The position numbers and the translations under genes are program-made. From a virus: 41,276 nt of DNA. Shown here in pieces: positions 17,456-23,800 of this stretch. Numbering within the stretch: the first letter of the stretch is position 1; each line of letters starts with the position of its first letter. The DNA lies in the IMG/VR virus record IMGVR_UViG_3300042691_018647, positions 1-41,276 of that record; one strand, written 5' to 3'. The notes below the pieces were generated by a model. The model was not told where the DNA came from. It saw only the letters and a program-made list of their open reading frames with translations, and did no database searches.

Positions 17456-17484
17456 TTGACTGGCAACTCGCATTATGCGAGTAT
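17456..17484 (+). promoter_or_regulatory. PR-like early promoter, TTGACT-17 nt-GAGTAT
   Basis: The -35 is at 17456-17461 and the -10 at 17479-17484. The perfect operator at 17467-17481 lies across the spacer and the -10. The predicted start site falls at about the ATG (17491). Confidence 0.6.
17467..17481. promoter_or_regulatory. Perfect operator dyad CTCGCA-TTA-TGCGAG
   Basis: The two 6-bp arms are exact reverse complements. Confidence 0.7.
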
Positions 17485-17490
17485 CGGTAC

Positions 17491-17706
17491 ATGATGAAAA
17501 ACGTTCTCCGACTTTTCCGAGACAAGCAGGGCTTGAGCCAGCGAGACGCTGCGGCGCTCATTGGCACATCAAGCGGGTATTGGTGCGATCTGGAAACGAG
17601 CCGCCGCGCGCCGTCGCCAAAGCTGGCGATCCGCATTGAGCAAGCGACCGGCATCCCCCGCGAACAACTCCGCCCGGATTTGTACACACGCGAGGCCAGC
17701 CAATGA
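17491..17706 (+). CDS. Cro-like XRE HTH protein (71 aa)
   Basis: GLSQRDAAALIGTSSGYWCDLETSRR is an HTH. ATG 17491 has no obvious SD. The ORF-track 17371 start lies inside the repressor gene. Confidence 0.85.
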   Translation: MMKNVLRLFRDKQGLSQRDAAALIGTSSGYWCDLETSRRAPSPKLAIRIEQATGIPREQLRPDLYTREASQ

Positions 17707-17819
17707 GCGCCGTCATCGTCGCCTACCTGCTCGACCAGTTCCGAGCGCTCCCCGACCGCTGGCTTCTCCTGTCGCTCGCAGGCGGCATCGTCGCATCTGC
17801 ATGGGCGGTGCTGGCATGA
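17703..17819 (+). CDS. 38-aa membrane peptide, not in the ORF track
   Basis: My translation is MSAVIVAYLLDQFRALPDRWLLLSLAGGIVASAWAVLA. It has ATGA overlaps at both ends. Confidence 0.5.
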   Translation: MSAVIVAYLLDQFRALPDRWLLLSLAGGIVASAWAVLA

Positions 17820-18265
17820 AGCGTCGATCCTTCCTTCAGATGGTGGGACTTGCTCCGTTCGTCGGCACAAAGGCCGTCGAGCAGGCTGTGAAAGAAACGG
17901 CTGCCACGCAAGCCATGCAAATGGCGGGTGTGTCTGCGCTCGGTTTCAGTGGTTCCTCCCTTGGTGCTGCGGGAGAAAGCCCAACTGAAACGGCGGAATG
18001 GGCAGCCAAGCGCATTCCGGAAGTTCTTGCTGACCTCGCAAAGATCAAGGCGATGGGGCGCGACCGATTGGTTGCAAAAATCCGGCGCGAAGACTCCGGC
18101 AGTGTGCACGTGCTTGATCCTGACTTGGTAGCCAATCGCTCTTTCTCAATTTCGACCAAAATCCGCATTCAGCGCGAACGGAATATCCACGCTCGCGCGG
18201 ATGACCGGGTGAACTGGCTGCAAAACCAGCTCGCTAACCTCCAAGAACTGGCGGGGCTGTCATGA
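17816..18265 (+). CDS. Protein with a twin-arginine-type signal (149 aa)
   Basis: MKRRSFLQMVGLAPFVGTKAVEQA fits S/T-R-R-x-F-L followed by an h-region. It is ATGA-coupled. The ORF-track 17561 start overlaps the cro-like gene. Confidence 0.7.
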   Translation: MKRRSFLQMVGLAPFVGTKAVEQAVKETAATQAMQMAGVSALGFSGSSLGAAGESPTETAEWAAKRIPEVLADLAKIKAMGRDRLVAKIRREDSGSVHVLDPDLVANRSFSISTKIRIQRERNIHARADDRVNWLQNQLANLQELAGLS

Positions 18266-18438
18266 TCGACGCTCCCCGCGACCGCTACGCTTGTTCGGAC
18301 TGCTACATGCTCGCGGCATGTAACGGCACATGCAAGACATCGCCCGTTCCGTTCCGGTGGGCGTTCGTTTGCCTCCTCGCAGCTGCCTCGTGGGCAATCA
18401 TCGCCGCGCTCATCATGCTCGTCTGGCAGGCGTTTTGA
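18262..18438 (+). CDS. 58-aa Cys-rich (CxxC-x5-C-x3-C) single-pass membrane protein, not in the ORF track
   Basis: My translation is MIDAPRDRYACSDCYMLAACNGTCKTSPVPFRWAFVCLLAAASWAIIAALIMLVWQAF. It has an ATGA overlap with the upstream gene. Confidence 0.55.
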   Translation: MIDAPRDRYACSDCYMLAACNGTCKTSPVPFRWAFVCLLAAASWAIIAALIMLVWQAF

Positions 18439-18603
18439 CATGGCTTCCCCGGCGATCCTCCTCCCTGTTGCCGGTTACTTGGCGGTCGAGCGCGCAAGTG
18501 CTCCCGCCGCTTTCTATTTGCGCGATGGCGCATCCGAAACCCGGATGGTCCGGGTACTTCGGCGTCCTTCCAGACGCCTCTTGACTCCCTCCCTTGACGA
18601 CTT

Positions 18604-18635
18604 GCCGGGGGCTTTGCGGCTCCCGGCTCTTTTCC
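18604..18635 (+). terminator. Candidate intrinsic terminator after the immediate-early cluster
   Basis: The hairpin is GCCGGGGGC-TTTGCG-GCTCCCGGC (9 bp including one G-U pair) followed by TCTTTTCC. Confidence 0.45.
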
Positions 18636-18742
18636 GCCGCGTCTGCCAGAACGCGCGCAACCACAGTGCCTAGCCGTTCCAAGTGCCGTGCCTCCGTCGG
18701 TTGCTGTTGTGCCTCAACAGCAAACCTCAAGAGGCGCCCAAC

Positions 18743-19108
18743 ATGTCGGAAACATTACCCGGAGTTACGGAAATGACCGCCGCCGCGCTCACAGAAGCGC
18801 ATAGTCACATCGGACGATTGAAAGGTACGCGCCCTTGGAAACAGGCGCTCCCCTCGATTGCGCGCGCCATTGGCTCTACGCCGCGCCGTATCGCCGCCAT
18901 CGTCCATGGCGAGGCCAAGACGATCTATTCAACGGAAATGGACGCGCTGAGACGCGCTGTTTCCGAACAAATCCAATCTGAAATCGCCCGCTTGGAGGCC
19001 GATCTTGCTGCGGCTCGTTTGGCTTCTGCTCACCCTACTGAGGCTCAAGTTTTGGCGGTTTCGATTGCGTTGGAACAAGCAAAAACGCTCTTGAAAGGAA
19101 CGAAATGA
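18743..19108 (+). CDS. Hypothetical early protein (121 aa)
   Basis: ATG 18743 has AAGAGG upstream. The downstream ORFs are coupled to it. Confidence 0.7.
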   Translation: MSETLPGVTEMTAAALTEAHSHIGRLKGTRPWKQALPSIARAIGSTPRRIAAIVHGEAKTIYSTEMDALRRAVSEQIQSEIARLEADLAAARLASAHPTEAQVLAVSIALEQAKTLLKGTK

Positions 19109-19365
19109 CAGACCGTTACGACGCAGTGACCGTTCGCAAAGATAAGGACGGCAAGTCCCGCTACACCTCAGTAGGCGTCATGTTCCGCCGCAAGGAAGGC
19201 GACGGCTGGACGCTGAAACTCAACGCGCTGCCGCTGCCAAACGAGCAGGGCGAAGTGTGGATTTCCATGTACCCGCCGCGTGAGAAGGACAGCGAACGCG
19301 CCGCGCCAGTGCGTGCTGGTGGCGGCATGGACGATGAAATCCCGTTCGCGCCGGAGTTCCGCTAA
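19105..19365 (+). CDS. Small protein with an SSB-type acidic tip motif (DDEIPF) near the C-terminus
   Basis: 86 aa ending ...AGGGMDDEIPFAPEFR. It is ATGA-coupled and sits directly upstream of the initiator-like gene. Confidence 0.75.
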   Translation: MTDRYDAVTVRKDKDGKSRYTSVGVMFRRKEGDGWTLKLNALPLPNEQGEVWISMYPPREKDSERAAPVRAGGGMDDEIPFAPEFR

Positions 19366-19856
19366 TGCAGTTAGCGACACTTGAAGCGCAGCGCGCGCAT
19401 TATGCTGCCGTCAAAAACCGCCTGAACGCGTTTCCAAGCGCTAGGGTGGTGAAGCGGATCGTCCCAGCGAATGAGCCGATTGTCATTCCGCAGCCTACAC
19501 CGGATGCGGCACCATTGCCGGATCCGGTCTCAATCGTCGCTCAATACGAATGCGTTGTGGACACCACGACCAAGGGCTTCAAGCGCAAGATCAAGCCGTC
19601 GTGGGAACAGTTTAGGCGGGTGCTTGATGCCGTGGCCGCGCGTCATGGCTTGAAGCCTTTCGAGGTTTTGAACCCGTCAAGGCGTCAGAAGTTCGTCATT
19701 GCTCGCTTTGAACTTTGTTACGAACTGCGGAAAGCCCATCCAAACTGGTCGTATTCGCAGATCGGGCGAATGCTCCAGCGCGACCACACCAGCATCATGC
19801 ACGGTGTCTACCAATGGGCAGAGATGAACAATCTGCCGATTCCAAGTGGCGAATGA
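19365..19856 (+). CDS. Replication initiator-like protein with a DnaA domain IV-type DNA-binding domain
   Basis: The C-terminal SRRQKFVIARFELCYELRK..P.WSYSQIGRML.RDHTSIMHGV resembles the DnaA C-terminal HTH. Confidence 0.8.
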   Translation: MQLATLEAQRAHYAAVKNRLNAFPSARVVKRIVPANEPIVIPQPTPDAAPLPDPVSIVAQYECVVDTTTKGFKRKIKPSWEQFRRVLDAVAARHGLKPFEVLNPSRRQKFVIARFELCYELRKAHPNWSYSQIGRMLQRDHTSIMHGVYQWAEMNNLPIPSGE

Positions 19857-20200
19857 GCATGATTGACATCGTGCTCCCTCTCCCGCCGACAGCAAATAAC
19901 CTGTTCGCCAATCGCCGCAAAGGTCGCCGCGTTAGTGAGCAGTATGAGGCATGGCGCACACAAGCCGGATGGGCGCTAAAGCAACAGCGCCCGCCCGCCA
20001 TCCTTGGCCGCTTTGATTTGTCGCTGCTCGTTCCGCAGGCCATGCGCGGCGACATAAGCAACCGGATTAAAGCCGCTGAAGACCTGCTTGTCACGCATCG
20101 GCTTATCGAAGACGACCGGCACGCAGCCAGCGTCAAAATCTGCCGCTCGCCTGACGTGGAGCCGGGAACAATTCGCATCATCGTGGAGCCGACAACGTGA
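19853..20200 (+). CDS. rusA: RusA Holliday-junction resolvase
   Basis: LPLPPTANNLF and GDISNRIKAAEDLLV.HRLIEDDRH align with E. coli RusA LPWPPSNNRYY and RDLDNLQKAAFDAL....DDAQV. It has an ATGA overlap. Confidence 0.88.
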   Translation: MSMIDIVLPLPPTANNLFANRRKGRRVSEQYEAWRTQAGWALKQQRPPAILGRFDLSLLVPQAMRGDISNRIKAAEDLLVTHRLIEDDRHAASVKICRSPDVEPGTIRIIVEPTT

Positions 20201-20919
20201 CCCACCGCATTGAGACATTAGCCGAAGGCGTCACGCTCCACCTTGGCGATTGCAGAGAAATCCTGCCGACGCTTGGCAAGGTTGACGCTGTGGTGACCGA
20301 TCCGCCGTATGGTGTTGAGTTTAAAGGAAAGAACACCAAGCATACAAAACGCGAAAAAGACGGTTACGCGTCAACAGATGATAATTCTGATTTTATAGAA
20401 AATGTTGTTTTGCACGCCATCAAATACTGCTTGGCAAAAAGTGATAGTGTTGTGGTCACTCCGGGTACTCGAAATATGTATCGTTATCCTACACCGGCTG
20501 ATGTGGTGTCTATTTTTTATCCGAGCGGCGCTGGACTGGGGCGGTGGGGTTTTACATGCAGTCAGCCAATACTTTATTATGGACGTGATCCATATTTGAA
20601 GAATGGTATGGGCCATCGTCCAAATTCATTTCAAACCACAGAAAGCGCGCCGGAAAACGGTCATCCATGTCCTAAACCAATCGGCACAATGAAATGGCTA
20701 GTAAACAAAGCCAGTTTCCCCGGTTGGACAATCCTCGACCCCTTCATGGGTTCCGGCACGACTGGCGTTGCTGCCGTCAAACTAGGCCGAAAGTTCATCG
20801 GCATAGAGATCGAGCCGAAATACTTCGACATCGCCTGCAAGCGCATCAGCGAAGCGCTCAAGCAACCCGACATGTTTATCGAGCGCACCAAGTCTCCAAA
20901 ACAGGAGGCGTTTCTATGA
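20197..20919 (+). CDS. Beta-class DNA N6-adenine/N4-cytosine methyltransferase (orphan)
   Basis: Motif IV (VVTDPPYG) comes before motif I (ILDPFMGSGTTGVAA.KLGR.FIGIEI). No cognate endonuclease gene is present. Confidence 0.9.
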   Translation: MTHRIETLAEGVTLHLGDCREILPTLGKVDAVVTDPPYGVEFKGKNTKHTKREKDGYASTDDNSDFIENVVLHAIKYCLAKSDSVVVTPGTRNMYRYPTPADVVSIFYPSGAGLGRWGFTCSQPILYYGRDPYLKNGMGHRPNSFQTTESAPENGHPCPKPIGTMKWLVNKASFPGWTILDPFMGSGTTGVAAVKLGRKFIGIEIEPKYFDIACKRISEALKQPDMFIERTKSPKQEAFL

Positions 20920-21155
20920 CTGCCGAAGACGTTCGCACCTACGCTCAAGCGGTGGAACTGCTCGCCATGGAGCGCGGCCAATGGACCACGCTCGAAGCCG
21001 TGCGGAAGCGTTACGCCGCTGATCCGACCGGGCTTGAACGCAAAGCGCAGGACTGCCGATTGGCCGTCATGGGCGCTCGCGTTCTGCACAAGCTCGCGAA
21101 GTCGCCGGAAGCCATCGCAGCGCTGTCCAAAGTCAACATGAAAGAGGCAAGCTGA
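20916..21155 (+). CDS. Hypothetical protein (79 aa)
   Basis: ATG 20916 has AGGAGG 6 nt upstream and an ATGA overlap with the methylase gene. Confidence 0.75.
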   Translation: MTAEDVRTYAQAVELLAMERGQWTTLEAVRKRYAADPTGLERKAQDCRLAVMGARVLHKLAKSPEAIAALSKVNMKEAS

Positions 21156-21156
21156 A

Positions 21157-21750
21157 ATGAGCGTCGGCGCGCTGATTGCAGACATGGTTCGTGCTGGTGT
21201 CGATCCCGATCTGATCGGGCGCACGGCTGAACTATTGGCCGCGCGTGAAGCCGTCACTGTAAAGGACGAACAAGCCGAACGTCGCCGCGCCGCTGACCGC
21301 GAAAGAAAGGCATTCCGCAGAATTCCGCAGAATTCCGCAGAAGCCCCTTCCCCCTTGTTTCCCCCTTCTTTCCTTCCCCCTGAAACCCCTAACCAATCAA
21401 CCCCCTATAATCCCCCTTCCGATGGTTTGGGCGCGCTGACGCTCGCCCCGCCAAAACCCGAAAAGCCAAAGAAACCAAAAGCGCCATCAAACGACGATCA
21501 GGTTCTCGACAAGCTGACGGATGCTCTGATGCCGGATACGGCTCGTGCGCTGATGGACCACCGGAAGCGGCTCGGAAAGCCTCTCACACCGAAAGCCGCT
21601 GAACTCATCGCCCGCGACATTTTGAAACTTCCTGCCGCCGAGTGGGAGGCGGCGGCGGAAATGATGATTGCTCGTGGCTGGCAGGGTTTCAACGTCGATT
21701 GGTACCGGAACGCAACGCAACCACGCCAGAATTTGAGATTTGGAGCCTGA
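21157..21750 (+). CDS. Hypothetical replication-module protein with an internal repeat/linker
   Basis: 197-aa ORF. It has two helical ends joined by a Pro-rich linker encoded by the 10-bp repeats and the polypyrimidine tract. Confidence 0.75.
   Translation: MSVGALIADMVRAGVDPDLIGRTAELLAAREAVTVKDEQAERRRAADRERKAFRRIPQNSAEAPSPLFPPSFLPPETPNQSTPYNPPSDGLGALTLAPPKPEKPKKPKAPSNDDQVLDKLTDALMPDTARALMDHRKRLGKPLTPKAAELIARDILKLPAAEWEAAAEMMIARGWQGFNVDWYRNATQPRQNLRFGA
21312..21341. repeat. 3 x 10-bp perfect tandem repeat (ATTCCGCAGA)
   Basis: Read directly: cattccgcag aattccgcag aattccgcag a. It is followed by an ~80-nt C/T-rich tract (21343-21420). Confidence 0.9.
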
Positions 21751-21753
21751 CAG

Positions 21754-22293
21754 ATGGCAACCGCGACCGAAGGCTTGTTGATTGAAAGCGTGTTTATTGA
21801 CCGGCTGATGAAGTCGGACCTGTACGCCGATCCTGTTGAGGGCTTAGTGCGAGCGCTCAAAGAACAATCGCCAAACGGCCTGACAATTGAGGTTTTGCAG
21901 CGCGCGGCGGATTCTATCATTCGGAACCATAGCAGCGGGGCTTTCCCAAAAACTCCCGCATGTCTTCGGGCAATTCAGGAAGCGTTGTACGCCGCTCCTG
22001 CGCCTTCCGCTGTGGCTGGCACTATCGATCCAACGACGCGCCACAATTACGCGGACCGGGCCATTGCGCATTGCCGGAAGCATGGCGGGAAGCCCATCGT
22101 CATCAGCCGCCTAGACGATCCCGACGCATGGAAGGAATGGGAACTGTATTTTGAACGAGCAGGAATGCCAGCAAGCGCCTCAATGATGCGCGAGGCGCAG
22201 GCGTCATCATGGACTGTCCCCGCCAAGCATCCTTGGGAGTTTGACATAACCGCAGAGGCATTTGGTCCACAATTTAAAGAGGCAGCGGAATGA
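21754..22293 (+). CDS. Hypothetical protein (179 aa)
   Basis: ORF with tight spacing to both neighbours. Confidence 0.75.
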   Translation: MATATEGLLIESVFIDRLMKSDLYADPVEGLVRALKEQSPNGLTIEVLQRAADSIIRNHSSGAFPKTPACLRAIQEALYAAPAPSAVAGTIDPTTRHNYADRAIAHCRKHGGKPIVISRLDDPDAWKEWELYFERAGMPASASMMREAQASSWTVPAKHPWEFDITAEAFGPQFKEAAE

Positions 22294-22838
22294 CGAAACC
22301 AGGCCGCAAGCGTAAGACTGGCGTGAAGCGTGAACCAAGTGGCCGCATCGCCAAAGCCTCGCGCGAGCGGCAGGAAGCGGCGAATGTTGTGGTGCTCGCT
22401 CAACCGCATCGGCGCGGGTCGCCGTCGCATTGGCGCTGCACCGCTTGGGGCCGCGTGATTGAGGACAGCGGACAGGTTCCCGCCGACGTGTCCCGCGCTG
22501 CGCTGTTTGAGGCAGGGAGCCGTTATTTGATCGACTATCGCAGGATGCTAGCGGTGACCGAGAACGTGTTCCCCTACGCAAATGCTGAGGGCGGCACGCC
22601 ACCAGAAATCGACCGAGACGAGCGCGACAAAATCATAGCAGCGTATGCCGGTGCCATGCGGTCCTTGCGCGATGGTGGCATTCGAGTGCGCGAGGCGATT
22701 GAATTTCTGGTGATCGAGCCGTTTGATGAAATGTGGCAGCCGCCGCATTGGGTTCAATTCTATGGCATCATCGGCCTTACGTGCCTTGCCGAGCATTACG
22801 GGCTGCAATGGCGTGGTGCGGATCGGGTGAAGGGCTGA
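22290..22838 (+). CDS. Hypothetical protein with a basic N-terminus (182 aa), last gene before the accessory island
   Basis: ATGA-coupled ORF with the N-terminus KPGRKRKTGVKREPSGR. Confidence 0.75.
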   Translation: MTKPGRKRKTGVKREPSGRIAKASRERQEAANVVVLAQPHRRGSPSHWRCTAWGRVIEDSGQVPADVSRAALFEAGSRYLIDYRRMLAVTENVFPYANAEGGTPPEIDRDERDKIIAAYAGAMRSLRDGGIRVREAIEFLVIEPFDEMWQPPHWVQFYGIIGLTCLAEHYGLQWRGADRVKG

Positions 22839-22861
22839 TGCAAAAATTTATGCAATTCCTG

Positions 22862-22894
22862 TTGACAGATTTGTATCGTTGCGATACATATAAT
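22862..22894 (+). promoter_or_regulatory. Sigma70-like promoter with an embedded perfect inverted repeat
   Basis: TTGACA lies at 22862-22867, the dyad TGTATCG-TTG-CGATACA at 22872-22888, TACATA at 22885-22890 (17-nt spacer) and TATAAT at 22889-22894 (21-nt spacer). Confidence 0.65.
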
Positions 22895-22923
22895 TCATCA
22901 GCAACGGGCTGAAACAACAGGAG

Positions 22924-23199
22924 ATGGAAATGCATTACACCCTTGGAAACCGTGCCAACCTTGCGTTCACCGCTCCCTTCGCGTGGAAGGATACGAAGTC
23001 GATTGAAGGCGTAATCGCATATGTTCGAGATGAATCCACGGGGCAGTATGTTCGCGTGTATGATTATGCAGACGAACAATATGTGCAGGGCGTCGCGCAA
23101 AGTTACAGTTGGGGGAATTTTGGGTCGGTAGAGGAAGCAAAGATTGCGATGAAATCTGCTTATAACTGGATTAACAAGCGATCAAAAAAGGCCGCGTAA
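22924..23199 (+). CDS. Small accessory protein (91 aa), moron
   Basis: AGGAG lies 5-6 nt before ATG 22924. The segment is A/T-richer and has its own promoter. Confidence 0.75.
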   Translation: MEMHYTLGNRANLAFTAPFAWKDTKSIEGVIAYVRDESTGQYVRVYDYADEQYVQGVAQSYSWGNFGSVEEAKIAMKSAYNWINKRSKKAA

Positions 23200-23229
23200 A
23201 AACAAAAAAGGGGGAGGGTGGCCTCCCCC
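23197..23229 (-). terminator. Strong intrinsic terminator oriented for minus-strand transcription
   Basis: The stem is GGGGGAGG/CCTCCCCC (23210-23217 and 23222-23229) with a 4-nt loop. On the minus strand it is followed by TTTTTTGTTTTT. On the plus strand no U-tract follows it. Confidence 0.7.
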
Positions 23230-23354
23230 ACCTTGTAGCGCCCCTCAAGGTTTAGGGACATTGCCTCCAATGCCAGAACAAAACGGACGTAGCGTGCGCG
23301 TTGCGTGCTAAGTTATAAACCATTACTAACAATTTGCGCTAGTAGAGACAAAAA

Positions 23355-23570
23355 ATGACCGCCGCCGAATTCCGCCACGCTCGCGAAAAGGTTTTCGGCC
23401 TCACTCAGTCAGAGTGGGGCCGTCGCCTTGGCATATCCCGCGTACAGGTCGCCAAAATCGAAGGCGGCGTTCATCCAGTGTCGCCCACGCTGGCGCTACT
23501 GGTCGGCGCGTACCTGAACCACGGCATTGACAAATCACCCGGTGCACGCTATCCGCGAAATACAGACTGA
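23355..23570 (+). CDS. Small XRE-family HTH protein (71 aa)
   Basis: GLTQSEWGRRLGISRVQVAKIEGG is an HTH. Confidence 0.8.
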   Translation: MTAAEFRHAREKVFGLTQSEWGRRLGISRVQVAKIEGGVHPVSPTLALLVGAYLNHGIDKSPGARYPRNTD

Positions 23571-23800
23571 CAGTCGTGTGACCGCAGTCGTGCCACCCGG
23601 CATCTACGAGAAGCCGGATACCTCGATTAAGCTGTGGCTTGTAGCGGTTTGAGGTAAACGACGTTCCCATGATGTAAGGATCGTCGGAGCGGGACATCAC
23701 CCGCGAACAGCCTGTAAGACCGCTGCGATGGCGGCGGCAGATAACGGGGATAAGGATCGGCATCAACCGGTCGGCTGCCCCGCTTCATTTGAGGTTGAGC

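Noticed and set aside
18440-18673. 77-aa ORF starting 2 nt after the Cys-rich membrane protein gene.
   Set aside because: It is Arg/Pro/Leu-rich with no RBS, and it spans three hairpins and a terminator-like element. I treat the region as non-coding, with low certainty.
22924-23570. HigB/HigA-like toxin-antitoxin reading of the 91-aa gene plus the XRE HTH.
   Set aside because: The 91-aa protein shows none of the basic RelE/HigB-like character. The genes are 155 nt apart with a hairpin between them, and there is no overlap or coupling.
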